Below are positions 1-11,292 of a stretch of DNA of 64,000 nucleotides, piece by piece. Every line of letters begins with the position of its first letter. Within the stretch, counting starts at the first letter, position 1. A program made the position numbers and the translations under genes. This DNA comes from Chiloscyllium plagiosum (lineage: Eukaryota): contig NC_057753.1 in NCBI RefSeq assembly GCF_004010195.1, positions 2,583,285 through 2,647,284 on the forward strand, in the 5' to 3' direction. The notes under the pieces are model-generated. The model searched no databases and had not been told where the DNA came from. It saw only the letters and a list, made by a program, of their open reading frames with translations.

Positions 1-139
1 CTTTAAGAAATAAAGTTGTTAACTTTTATTTGAAATAGTTCTTGGCCACTAGTATTTTTTACAGATTACTGCACGGGATAAATCGTTTCTGTGTCACTGC
101 TTTCAAATTAAGCAGGAGGGTTTACCCCGTGTCGTACCA
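1..139 (+). mobile_element. 3' end of an LTR (Gypsy/ERV-type), truncated by the window edge; same family as the solo LTR at 15408
   Basis: 1-139 is the reverse complement of 15408-~15545 (aattaagcaggagggtttaccccg..tcgtacca vs tgttacaacgcggggtaaaccctcctgcttaattt). AATAAA at 9-14, ends in CA, and no TGG primer-binding site follows. Confidence 0.7.
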
Positions 140-342
140 TTGTGTAGTACATTATCTTTTATTGATTCATTCAGTCCATGAAGTCATTAAAGTTCTGATG
201 TTTATAATATCACCGTCTATCTCCTTTGTTTATTATTTTTAATATGATGAACAAGCATGAGTATTTGGCCATTTTTCACCACATTAGTTCATAACCAAGT
301 TGCGTTGCGACACCATGCCCAATTTAAAATGTGCCATAAAAA

Positions 343-642
343 CCCCTACAGCACGGAGACAGGCCATTTGGCTCAACAAGTCCACACTGAAGAGCAACCC
401 ACCTGAACCCACTCCCCTCTGACTAATGCACCTAACCTAAACACTATAGGCAATTTAGCATGGCCAACTCACATAACCCGCTAATCTTTACATTGTGGGA
501 GGCAACCAGATCACCTGGAGTAAACCCACGCAGACTCACGGAGAACATGCAATCCCCATACAGATTGTCGCCCGAGGCTGGAATTGAACGCAGGTCCCTA
601 GCACTACAAGGCAGCAGTGCTAACCACTGATCCACCATGCCA
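343..642 (-). mobile_element. tRNA-derived SINE (HE1/V-SINE-like)
   Basis: Minus strand has an A-box-like GTGGATCAGTGGTTAGCAC, a B-box-like GTTCAATTCC, the central domain ..GTCTGCGTGGGTTTACTCC.. and the CR1-like tail GGCCTGTCTCCGTGCTGTAG. It matches the other copies in the window. Confidence 0.85.
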
Positions 643-1079
643 CAGGCTACTTCACATTACAGAACAAATGTACGTAAACTCAGAATCAATAAATGAAGTA
701 CAAAATAATGATCAGCAAATAAATCATAAGAGTAATGCATATGTATAGAGAAATAAACGAACACAAAACAGAACAGAGTAATGGACATGCATTATGCATC
801 ACCCATTGCAGCGTTAATATTATCATGTCTTAACAAAATTAATTCCTTTCTCAACTGTTACATTTGTTCCTGACGCCAACACCAAAACATGATAGAAATA
901 AAAGCAAGATAATCCAAATACACAAAACAATTGGACCAACAAAATGTGAAATGGATGCAATCCCATGCAGCCATAGGCACGCCAATTTCCCAATTCCAGA
1001 TGTCATCCCACTGAGAATGTCCATTAATTTGTTTTACTATTTGTTATGAATTTCTCAATATTTTGCTGAACCTGAGACG

Positions 1080-1910
1080 ATAGGAGGTATAGTTAATAAG
1101 TTTGCAGACGACACCAAAATTGGAGGGGTAGTGGAGAACAAAGAAATACAAGGGGATCTTGATCTGATCGGCTGAGGACTGGTAGGTGGAATTTAATTTA
1201 GGTACATGTGAGGTGTTGCATTTTAGGAAGGCAAATCAGGGCAGGGCTTATACACATAATGGTAAGGCCCTGAGGAGTGTTCCTGAACAAAGAGACCTTG
1301 GAGTGCAGGTTCATAATTACTTGAAAGTTGATTCGCAGGTAGATTGGATAGAGAAGAAGGCATTTGATATGTTTTCCTTTATTGATCAGAGCAGTGAGTA
1401 TGAGAGTTGGCTGTCACGTTGCAGCTGTACACGACATTGATGAGGCCACTTTTGGAATGTTGTGCACAATTCTTGTCTGCCTCTTGTCGGAAGGATGTTG
1501 TGAAACTTGAAAGATTTCAGGAAAGATTTTCAAAGATGTTGCCAGTGCTGGAGGGTTTGAGCTCAATGGAATCGCTGAATAGGCTGGGGCTGTTTTCACT
1601 GGAGCATGGGAGGTTGAGGGGTAACCTTGTAGAGGTTTATAAAATCGTCAAAAGCATGGATAGGGTAAATAGACAAGGTATTTTCCCTTGGGTGAGGGAG
1701 TCCAGAACAAGAGGCATGAGTTTAGGGTGAGAGGGACAAGATTGAAATGGGACCTAAGCAGCAACGTTATCACACTGAGGGTGATTCATGTCCGGAATGA
1801 GATGCCAGAAGAAGTGGTGGAGGCTGGTAGAATTTGGATCGGCTCAGACTTGAAGGGCCGAAGGGCCTGTTCCTGGGCTGTAAACTTTCTTTGTTCTTTG
1901 TTCTTTGTTT
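1080..1910 (+). mobile_element. CR1 LINE 3' fragment (RT C-terminus + 3' tail), degenerate
   Basis: KFADDTK motif at ~1098; ORF-track peptides CEVLHF, RDLGVQVH, RPLLECC, GLFSLE..RLRG; (TTTGTTC)n tail. Confidence 0.9.
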
Positions 1911-2554
1911 AAACGATCGCTGAGTTGGATGAGCCCAATTTAATTCAATTCAAAGAGAATTAACGTGCTCTCCACACGGGGCCATCCTTTTAACGCCTGT
2001 GCGCAAAGGAGTAGATTAGAATATGAATTTATGGTCACGTGTTTACATGAAAGCTGCAATGAACATTTTTATGTCGTTACAACTACAGAAGCCATAGATA
2101 TTAAATGCGTAGTAAAATTAAGACAAAGATCACCACAGTTAATAGCTCCTGAGGTTAATAGCTCCTGAGATCGGGAAACGATGGAAGACTCGAAAGGTAC
2201 GGCCGGGAGAAGGGGGAAGTTCACCACTCCGGGCTGCAGGAACGCTGGGACAGAAGAAGACCACCACTCCAGGCTGAGGTCACTACTCTAGGTTGGGACC
2301 TGAATTACCTGAACACTGGAGACGAAGAAGACCGCCATGCTGGGCCGAGACCACCTTTGTCCTCCCTCAGGCGCCGGGCCCAGCTGTGGATCAGGAGCAT
2401 CAGGCTGGACTGTCACTCTGGGCCTGGGGAGCCAGCCTGGGACCTGTCCCTCACTTGCCAGGAGACACCAGAACGGGATGAAGCGTCTTCCGTTCATCCT
2501 GGCGTTAAAGCCGCTGCCACCGGAGGAAAAAGACAGGCAGACCATCCAACAAAA

Positions 2555-3185
2555 TCATAAATTGCTGGAAAACCTCGCAGATCTGGCAGCATCTGAGGAG
2601 AGAAGACTTTTGGGTCCAGTGATCCTTCTTCAGAACTAATTGTATCAAGGAAAACTGTACGTAAAATAAGCTAGAGAAGGGATGTGGGAGGAGAACAAGT
2701 AAATGACAGATGGAGATGTGATTCAGATAGGTAGAAAGACAGCTGGGCCGACAAGAGAGGGAGCAAAGGTTAGCCTGGAATAATTAATAGCTTCTGATGG
2801 GGACCTTTAGCGGCTGACAATGAGTTGTTTGTGGTAGCATTGAGATGACCAGGGGAAAGTGCAGACTGCAGCTGTTGGAGATCAGATTCGAGAATGTGGT
2901 GCTGGAAAAGCACCAGCAGGCCAGGCAGCATCCCAAGAACAGGAGAACTGATGTATGTCGATGACAAGGCCTGGTATGTGCGATTTGGGATATGGACATG
3001 GGAGAAGGTATTCATGCTCCGCAGTTATTTCCCTCGAGATTAAGTCCGGAAGGTTGCAGCGTCCACAAGCAGAAAATGAGGCACTACTACTTCAGCTTGC
3101 GTGGAGCTTCGCTGGAGTACTGTAGCATGCCTGAGACAGAGATGCCGGCCAGGGAACATGTGGTAGGCAATCCTGGAGCAGTTCA
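2555..3185 (-). mobile_element. Penelope-like element fragments (two families; terminal repeat and 3' ORF remnants)
   Basis: Contains GCTGGAAAA..GCAGATCTGGCAGCATCTG and GAAAGTGCAGACTGCAG..GGTGCTGGAAAAGCACCAGCAGG, matching PLE terminal repeats elsewhere in the window. A degenerate hammerhead-like core (CTGAAGA) lies on the minus strand near 2630. Confidence 0.65.
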
Positions 3186-3266
3186 GAAAGCTATTAACCA
3201 ATCAGAGTGAGAGCTGCGTGGACCTCGAGATTAGAACATGCCAAAATATGAGTGCACTTACCGGCA

Positions 3267-3465
3267 GGAGAAAGTGAGGACTGCAGATGCTGGAGATCAG
3301 AGTTGAGAGTGTGGTGCTGGAAAAGCAGAGCAGGTCAGGCAGTACCCGAGCAGCAGGACAATCGACATTTTGGGCATTCCTGATGAAGGGCTTATTACCG
3401 AAATGTCGATGTCTCCTGCTCCTTGGATGCTGCCTGAGTTGCTGTACTTTTCCAGCACCCCACAC
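3267..3465. mobile_element. Penelope-derived fold-back insertion with ~14-bp TSD
   Basis: Inverted arms (gtggtgctggaaaagcagagcagg..atcgacatttt / aaatgtcgat..gctgtacttttccagcacc). Flanks are tgcacttaccggca (3253-3266) and tgcacttattggca (3466-3479). Confidence 0.8.
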
Positions 3466-4559
3466 TGCACTTATTGGCAACCAATCTGTCCAAGACTATT
3501 TCCTGACATCAAGCCATGACTACTGATGAAGAAGTCCGAAAGTTGTGTATTTCCCCAAGGAGCATTTCTGCACCTGATGGATGGTGCAGATCTTTTTTTC
3601 TTCAGATTCACAGTCTGCAAATCAGTTTAAATAACAATGAATATAAATGAGTTCAGATTCAGTATTCGATACTTGAGGCTGACAAATCATGCCATGAAAT
3701 ACAACAACACTTCATCAACCATCACTTTTGAATCAGTTTTGATTTTGAAATAAAATGAAAAAAATTCGGCACTGAGTATGTGGCACTGCACAGTTTATTT
3801 CATTTAGTAAGACTTTAACAAAGCAATTACGAAGTGGAATGTGATAGACTCTGGCACATAAATGAAATACTTGTTTTTTTCTGAATTTCCGGTCCTGACT
3901 GAAGTTGTGATTTTGTATACTTGCAGGGTTCTGGAATGGGTAAGATGGAAAAAGGGGAAACTCAATAAAAACATCAAACGAAAAGCTCACAGTCACTTGA
4001 TCTGACAGCATGGATATGTCTTCTGCATCTGAATGTGGAAGGGTTGTTCCTTCTTTCTGTTGCAGTACGTGACTGTCAGGTGCTCTGAGATACATTAACC
4101 CCAGCAGGACACCGCTGGAGAACTCAATTCGAGTTGCAGTTGTATGAAGGCAATCGTTTCTATCCCTGACCAACCTGTCTGTACTTCCTTCTCTCCATCT
4201 CTCACCTGCAATTTTTAAAATCTGTCTCTTCCTGTTGAGGTCAGTATCTTATGTCAGTCGAGACTGGCTGTCAGGGTTCTTCTCCAAAATGGACATTTCT
4301 GAACAAGTTTTGGTTTCAAGACAATCCACTTAATTCTCTTGTCAGCCCCACAACCTACCAGATTCATTCAACTCAGTTTCACGACCTCTGTGTATTTATG
4401 CATTCCTCATTTTTAAAAAATGTCTTATTCCCTTTTCAAATATTTTGAACAGGATTACTAGACTGGAAGGATTTGCAGTTGGACAACTGAAAACAAACAC
4501 CATACTGAAATCTGAAAAAGATACACTATGTATCATAATTTACATATTCGCTCACTTTA

Positions 4560-7500
4560 TAGATTCATTGAGTGTACAAAATGCTTTTTGGGCCATTGAA
4601 TCTGCAGAGATATGACTACGCAACCAAATGTGTGTGAAGCCCAATTCCCTGCACTTGTCCCATATCTTTGAATGTTGTGATATTTGAAGTACTCATCCAA
4701 ATATTTCTTAAAGTCTGTAAAGTTTCCAACCTACGCTACCTTTCCAGGTAGTGCATTTTAGATTACCAGGACCTGAATGAAAAATCTGTTTTTTTTCCCA
4801 AATCCCCTGAATCACCTGCCTGTTATTGAAAAACCAAGCCCTCTTGGTTAAGACTAAAATTGTGCCCTTGAAGACAGAAACGGGTGAATTTATTGTGGAG
4901 AACAAGGTATTGGCAGAAGAGTTGAATACGTACTTTAGATCTGTCTTCGTTGGGGAAGACATAAGTAATCTCCCAGATGTAATAGTGGCTGAAGGACCTC
5001 GGGTAATGGATGAACTGAAGGGAATTTATATCCAACAGGAAATGGTGTTGGACAGACTGTTAGGTCTGAAGGCTAATAAGTCCCCTGGACCTGACGATTT
5101 ACATTCCAGGATACTTAAAGAGGTGGCTCTAGAAATTGTGGATGCATTGGTAATTATTTTCCAATGTTCTATAGATTCAGGATCAGTTACTGCGGATTGA
5201 AGGGTCACCAAAGTAGTCTCACTTTTCAAGAAAGGAGGGGGAAAGAAAACAGGGAATTATAGAACGGTTAGCCTGACATCAGTGGTTGGAAAGATGCTAG
5301 AGTCAATTTTAAAAGCTGAAATTACGACTCATTTAGATAGCAGTAACAGGATAGGTCAGAGTCAGCATGGATTTACGAAGGGGTAGTCGTGCTTGACTAA
5401 CCTTCTAGAATTTTTTGAGGATGTAAGTACGGAGATGGACAAGGGAGATCCAGTGGATGTAATATACCTGGACTTTCAGAAAACCTTTGATAGCGTCCCA
5501 CATTGGAGATAAGTGTGCAGAATTAGGGCACATGTTGTTGGGGGCAAAATACTGACTTGGATTGAAAATTGACTGGCTGAGAGGAAGCAAAGAGTAGTGA
5601 TAAATGGGTGCCTTTTAGAATGGCAGGCAGTGACCAGTGGGGTACCACAAGGTTTGGTGCTGGGACTGCAGCTGTTTACAATATACATTAATACAATAGA
5701 TGAATGTATTAAAAGTAATATTAGCAAATTTGCTGATGACACAAAGCTGGGTAAAATATGAGGAGGATATTATGAGAATACAGGGTGACTTAGACAGGCT
5801 AGGTGAGTGGGCAGATGCATGGCAGATGCAGTTTAATGTGGGTAAATGTGTGGTTATCCACTTTGGTGGCAAAAACAGGAAGGCAGATTACTATCTAAAT
5901 GGAGTCAAGTTAGGTGAAGGGGAAGTAAAACAATATCTACGTGTTCTTGTACACCAGTCAATGAGGGCAAGCATGCAGGTACAGCAGGCAGTGAAGAAAG
6001 CTAATGACATGCTGGCCTTCATGGCAAGAGGGATTGAGTATAGGAGCAAAGAGGTCCTTCTGCAGCTGTACAGGGACCTGGTGAGACTGCACCTGAAATA
6101 TTCTGTACAGTTTTGTTCTCCAAATTTGAGGAAGGACATTCTGGCTATCGAGGTTATGCAGTGTAGGTTCTCGAGGTCAGTTCCCAGAATGGCGGGATGA
6201 CCATATGTTGAAAGACTGGAGTGACTGGGCTTGTGTACACTTGAGTTTAGAAGGATGAGAGGGCATCTGATTGAGACATATATGATTATTAAAGAATTGG
6301 ACACTCTGGAGGCAGGAGGCATGTTGCCACTGATGGATGAGTCCAGAACCAGAGGACACAGTTTAAAAATAAGGGGTAGGCCATTTAGAACAGAGTTGAG
6401 GAGAAACTTCTTCACCCAGAGAGTGGTCGGCGTGTGGAATCTCTGCCCCAGAAGGCAGTGGAGGCCAGGTCTCTGTATACTTTCAAGAAAATGATGGATG
6501 GAGCTCTTAAAGATAGTGGAATCAAAGGTTATAGGGATAAGGCAGGAACAGGATACTGATTGTGGATGATCAACCATGATCATAATGAATGGTGGTGCTG
6601 GTTCGAAGGGCCAAAGGGCCTATTCCTGCACCTCTTTTATACTGTCTATTATCTATTAATGTCTTGTAATTTATCCCTCAACAAAGAGGAACAGCTGCTC
6701 TCTATTCACCTTATCAATACTCCACAATGTTTTCGACCTCAACCATATTCCTACTCAGTTATCTGCTCTCTTCTTATCGCTCAGTATCTCCATTCCAGGC
6801 AACATCCTGATGAACCTCTTCTGTGCCCTCTCCAGTGCTGTCACGTCCTTCCTGTGGTGAGGTGACCAGAACTTCGCTCAATACACCGGCTGTGGTCTTT
6901 CTAAAGCTCTGGACAATCCTTTGTCTTACACACTATGGCATGACTGATGAAAGTGAATGTCCCACACCCTATCTCAGCTGTCCGATGTACATGCTCTACC
7001 AACTTCAGGCATCTGTGAATAATTACCCCCACGTCCCTCTGTTCGCCTAAGCTACCCAATGTCCTGCCATTCATTAAATCTGCTCTCATCTTGTTGTTTC
7101 TTCCAAAGTGCATCATCTTGCACTTACCAGGATTAAATATCATCTGGTACTGGTCTGCCTATCTGGCCAATGTATCTATGTCTTCGTGTAACATAGAATG
7201 CTATTAACCATTCTGTCAATCTTAGTGTGATCTGCAAATTTGCCTAGTAGTCACCCCAACATTTTCATCGATATCATTTGTGTAAATGACAGAAAATGTG
7301 ACTCCCACTGCTGATCCTTATGGTGCACCACTGGATACTAGCCTCCAGTCATTCAAACAGCCTCCTACCACTTTGTGTCCAATACTAAGTCAGTTTCTGA
7401 TCCATCTCGCCAAGTTTCTTTCAGTTCCATGTGCCTTAACATTCTCAATTTATATCCCATGTGGGACCTTGCTTTGATGAAATCCATATAAACTATATCA

Positions 7501-7680
7501 ACTGAATTTTTGTCATCCACACACTTCATCACATTTCCAAGAAATATCGAACACGTTTATCTGACATGACTTCCCTCTGACAAAGCAACGCTGAGTATCC
7601 CTAATTAGCCCATGCCTTTCCAAGCAGGTATTAAATTGCTCCTTCAGAATTTTCTTCAATAGTCTCCCTACCACTGACAT
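4560..7680 (-). mobile_element. Old CR1 LINE (minus), split by a younger plus-strand CR1 at 4850-6655
   Basis: Minus-strand peptides CKMMHFGRNN..EQRDVGV (6901-7143) and [27 protein letters not shown] (7513-7710). The 3' end is at 4560-4850. Confidence 0.75.
4850..6655 (+). mobile_element. CR1 LINE, 5'-truncated ORF2 (RT domain) with stops and frameshifts
   Basis: KSPGPD, NYRxVSLTSVVGKMLE, SQHGF, YLDFQK, GVPQG, KFADDTK, RTRGHSLK motifs; ctattatctatt tail. Confidence 0.95.
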
Positions 7681-7714
7681 AGTAGTAAAACATTGTAGCA
7701 AAAAGCACACTCGG

Positions 7715-8100
7715 TCCAGTGGGTACTGTGGGAAGGGATTTGGTTACCTATCTGAGCTGGAAAACCATCAACGCAGTCACACAGTGAAGAGACTATTCAC
7801 TGACTCCGTGCGTGGGGAGGGATTCATTCATTCATTTTGGCCTACTGAGACACCATCGAGTTCAGTTTGACAGTCCTTTTTAATGCACAGTCTCCAGTGA
7901 GACTCAGATGTCCCACCAACATGTTTGCACTATTGAGATAGCATTCAGTTGCTCTCACTGTGAGCCTGGGTATGTGTGATCATCTGAACTCAACTGTACA
8001 GCAACAGGTAACACTGCTGAGAGACCTTTTAAACACAGTATAAGTTATAAAGTACTGAGTAATTTACGTGGTATCAGTGTTCACCTTTCGCAGACTCCTC
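7715..8100 (+). pseudogene. Degenerate C2H2 zinc-finger gene remnant
   Basis: tgtgggaagggatttggttacctatctgagctggaaaaccatcaacgcagtcacac reads [19 protein letters not shown], similar to finger 2 of the ZF pseudogene at 49440. Further decayed linker/finger traces follow, with no open frame. Confidence 0.7.
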
Positions 8101-8699
8101 CACACTCACCTCCAAAAACTAATGCAAGGTGATTGCCCGAGATATATTGTCAATATGATGGAGACAGTACAATCACCTCTTTTGCCGCTTCCCTTCCTTC
8201 CACAAGTTACTGCATCAAACTGCTTTATACTTGCTTTAGGCCCAAACTTACATAGATCTCTTGTTTCTCACTGATCTGTGGAGCGAGTAAGCATTGTGGC
8301 GGAGAAAATATTGATCCTCTTAGAATCACTTCGAATAATTTGTGTGGTTCTTTTCAGATGAAGCCACGGGAGGACTGTTCACTGTCTAACTCATGACAGA
8401 TAACCTAATCAGGCTTCTTGAATCTCTAACAACCTGAACAGTTTATTTCTGTCCAAGACCCCTCATTTCTCTCACTGTATATCTGGGGAGACACGACACA
8501 AATTCACTGTATGCATCATTGTCCAGCAGTGTCCATTTCAACTACCGATGTCAGTTTTACTATTGGATAGCAATGGGATTGTTGGTTCAACAAATATAAG
8601 TTCTGAACTAAACTCCCTCGGATATGAAGGCTCCCTATAGTTGTACATTGCTTCAGCTCTTCTCCCCATCCGTACTGACCACAGCAACGTGGACCAAAA

Positions 8700-8862
8700 A
8701 GGTGCAGGTCAGGTGAATTGGCCATGCTAAATTGCCCTTAGTGTTAGGTGAAGGGGTAAATGTAGGGGAATGGGTCTGGGAGGATTGCTCTTCGGCGGGT
8801 CGGTGTGGACCTGTTGGGCCAAAGGGCCTGTTTCCACACTGTAACTAATCTAATCTAATCTA
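8700..8862 (+). mobile_element. SINE 3' half with (TAATC)n tail
   Basis: GGTGAATTGGCCATGCTAAATTGCCC..GGGCCTGTTTCCACACTGTAA followed by ctaatctaatctaatc. Confidence 0.85.
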
Positions 8863-9085
8863 AACCCCTTCTGAGTTCACATTTCAAACTTCGAAAGTAC
8901 TAAATGCAATCTTCACGAAACAGTGTCGTGTTCATTTTTCTATTAGAATGTGTGGCAACCATTCTGACAGAACAAATAATGATGAAATTACCGCTGAGTG
9001 ATGCAACTCATTTGCCTGTTGAAAATATTTTTATTATTTTTGATGATATTCTTGCCTAATTGAATCAATGGGGAATTGCACACAG

Positions 9086-9091
9086 TATAAA
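9086..9091 (+). promoter_or_regulatory. Candidate TATA box of GPCR gene 1
   Basis: TATAAA about 80 nt upstream of the exon-1 ATG (9167). The paralog has TATATA about 55 nt upstream of its ATG. Confidence 0.45.
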
Positions 9092-9166
9092 GGGACCATT
9101 AATTGCTTGACACAGTCTAAACAGAGTCACGTCCACCCTCGAAGGATCTCTGAAGAAAATCAGGAA

Positions 9167-9236
9167 ATGCATGGACAAGTAACTGGTCCAGTATACGCCA
9201 TCTATTATCCTGTTCTTGCAGCCTTTGGTGTACCAG
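9167..9236 (+). CDS. GPR139/GPR142-like class A GPCR gene 1, coding exon 1 (MHGQVTGPVYAIYYPVLAAFGVP; N-terminus + most of TM1)
   Basis: ATG in gaaATGc context; 70 nt ending CCAG|GTGAGT (phase 1). Joins in frame to the acceptor at 17395 to give ..FGVP-A-NL-MTIVIL, restoring the TM1 Asn. The paralogous exon at 61660 has the same length and phase. Confidence 0.9.
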
Positions 9237-9349
9237 GTGAGTCACTATGACCAATAATCTATTTTATCCATCCTTTTTGACCTTTTCTTTGTTGTTGTTA
9301 TATTCTGAGCTATATCAATAGCGTCCACTTCTCTCCTCGTTCTCCACCA

Positions 9350-9760
9350 AAGCCATCAATGTATTGCAGACAGGCACAGCAAGCAATTCAGGAGGCAAAT
9401 AACATGTTATCCTTTGTCGAAATATTGTTTCAGTTTCAGAGCCAGTAAGTCTTTCTTTTATTATTTAGAAAATGGTGATGTGCACGTTTTATGTGCAGAT
9501 CTTTTCCTCTTGCTTAAATAATGCATTACTTGCAGCAGACAGTGCAGCATAAGTTCAGAACATTGGTTTCAGGAATAATGTGGCAATGAGGGGCGGATTG
9601 ATGAATTCAGGTTTGCATTCACATGATACTTAATGATGAGAGGTGACATTATAGAAAATGTTTATCACTAATAGAAGGAACAGAGTAGGTTCAAAAAGCA
9701 CGATTCCAATGGTGTTACCAACGGCATCAAAGCATATGCAAAACGCGAGAATAGCGCCTT
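9350..9760 (+). mobile_element. Very old CR1 3' remnant in the GPCR intron
   Basis: Faint matches to CR1 C-terminal DNA (gcaattcaggaggcaaataacatgttatcctt; gatgagaggtgacattatagaa). Confidence 0.4.
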
Positions 9761-10092
9761 AATAGAACATTGAACATAGAACAGTACAGCACAGAACAGG
9801 CCCTTCAGACCACGATGTTGTGCCGAGCATTGATCCACATGTATGCACCCTCAAATATCTGTGACCATATGCATGTCCAGCAGTCTCTTAAATGTCCCCA
9901 ATGACCTTGCTTTCACAACTGCTGCTGGCAACGCATCCCATGCTCTCACAACTCTCTGTGTAAAGAACTCGCCTCTGACATCCCCTCTATACTTTCCTCC
10001 AACCAGCTTAAAACTATGACCCCTCGTGTTAGCCATTTCTGCCCTGGGAAATAGTCTCTGGCTATCAACTCTATCTATGCCTCTCATTACCT

Positions 10093-10298
10093 TGATTTGG
10101 AGATGCTGGTGTTGAACTGGGGTGTACAAACATAAAAATCACACAGCACCAGGTTATAGTCCAACAGGTTTAATTGGAAGCACACCAGCTTTCGGAGCGA
10201 CACCTGACAATCACCTGATGAAGGAGCGTCGCTCCGAAAGCTAGTGGGCTCCCAATTAAACCTGTTAGACTATAACCTGGTGTTGGGTGATTTTTAAT
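10093..10298. mobile_element. Penelope-derived fold-back insertion (family 2) nested in CR1
   Basis: aaaaatcacacagcaccaggttatagtccaacaggtttaattgg.. pairs with ..ccaattaaacctgttagactataacctggtgttgggtgattttt. It interrupts CR1 between ctcattaccttg and tctcaattagg. Confidence 0.8.
10212..10246 (+). ncRNA. Minimal type-I hammerhead ribozyme motif (PLE family 2)
   Basis: CAC-CUGAUGA-A-GGAGC-GUC-GCUCC-GAAA-GCUA-GUG: stem I CAC/GUG, intact core, 5-bp stem II, palindromic AGCU mini stem III, NUH site CUA. Confidence 0.75.
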
Positions 10299-10371
10299 CT
10301 CAATTAGGTCCCCTCTCCTCCTCCTTTTCTCCAATGAAAAAAGTCCGAGCTCAGTCAACCTCTCTTCATAA

Positions 10372-10472
10372 GGTTAAAAATCACACAACACCAGGTTATA
10401 GACCAACAGGTTTAATTGGAAGCACACTAGCTTTCGGAGCGACGCTCCTTCATCAGGTGATTGTGGAGGGCT
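10372..10472 (-). mobile_element. Penelope family-2 terminal fragment with an intact hammerhead motif (10425-10459, minus)
   Basis: The reverse complement reads CACCTGATGAAGGAGCGTCGCTCCGAAAGCTAGTG. Flanked by ataag/ataag. Confidence 0.75.
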
Positions 10473-11292
10473 ATAAGATAAGCCCTCCAGTCCAGGCAGC
10501 ATCCTAGAAAACCTCCTCTGAACTCTCTCCAAAGCATCCACATCTTTCCTACAATAGGGCTAACAGAACTGGATGCAGTATTCCAAGTGCGGTCTAACCA
10601 AAGTTTTATAGAGCTGCAACAAGATCTCATGACTCTTAAACTAAATCCCCCTTTAATGAAAGCCAAAACACCATATGCTTTCTTAACAACCCTGTCCACT
10701 TGGGTGGCCATTTTGAGGGATCTATGTACCTGCACCCCAAGATCCCTCTGTTCCTCCACAATGCCAAGAATCCTATCCTTAATCCTGTACTCAGCTTTCA
10801 AACTCGACCTTCCAAGTCATTAATAAAATTACAAACAGGAAAGGCCTATGGACAGAGCCCTGTGGAACACCACTCACCACTGACTTCCAGGCAATTTTCT
10901 TTGCTTCTACTACCACTCGCTGTCTTCTGTTGACAGCCAATTCTGTATCCAGACAACTAAGTTCTCCTGTATCTAATTCCTCCTGACCTTCTGAATGAAC
11001 CTGCCAAAGGGGAACTTATCAAATGCCTTGCTGAAGTCCATATACACCACATCCACAGCTCGACCCTCATCAACGTTTCTAGTCACATCTTCAAAGAACT
11101 CGATAAGGTTTGTGAGGCATGACCTGCCCCTCACAAAGCCGCGTTGACTGCATTTAATCAAGCCATGCTCTTCCAGATGGTCATAAATCCTATCCCTCAG
11201 AATCCTTTCTAACACCTTGCAGACGACAGACGAGAGACTTAATGGTCTGTAATTGCCGCGGATTTCCCTATTTCCTTTCTTCAAGAGAGGAA

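Noticed and set aside
5891..6583. 230-aa minus ORF and similar long ORFs (34848-35552, 37484-38068, 31110-31655)
   Set aside because: Antisense or off-frame readings of CR1, PLE and SINE sequence.
8995..9010. C/EBP-ATF-like TGATGCAA site upstream of GPCR 1 (amino-acid response element idea)
   Set aside because: An 8-bp match is expected by chance in 64 kb. The paralog has only TGTTGCAA at a different spacing, so support is insufficient.
9068..9250. 60-aa ORF as a standalone gene, or an upstream ATG at 9068
   Set aside because: The ATG at 9068 lies upstream of the TATA-like motif, and the paralog starts at the equivalent MH. The ORF tail runs through the splice donor.
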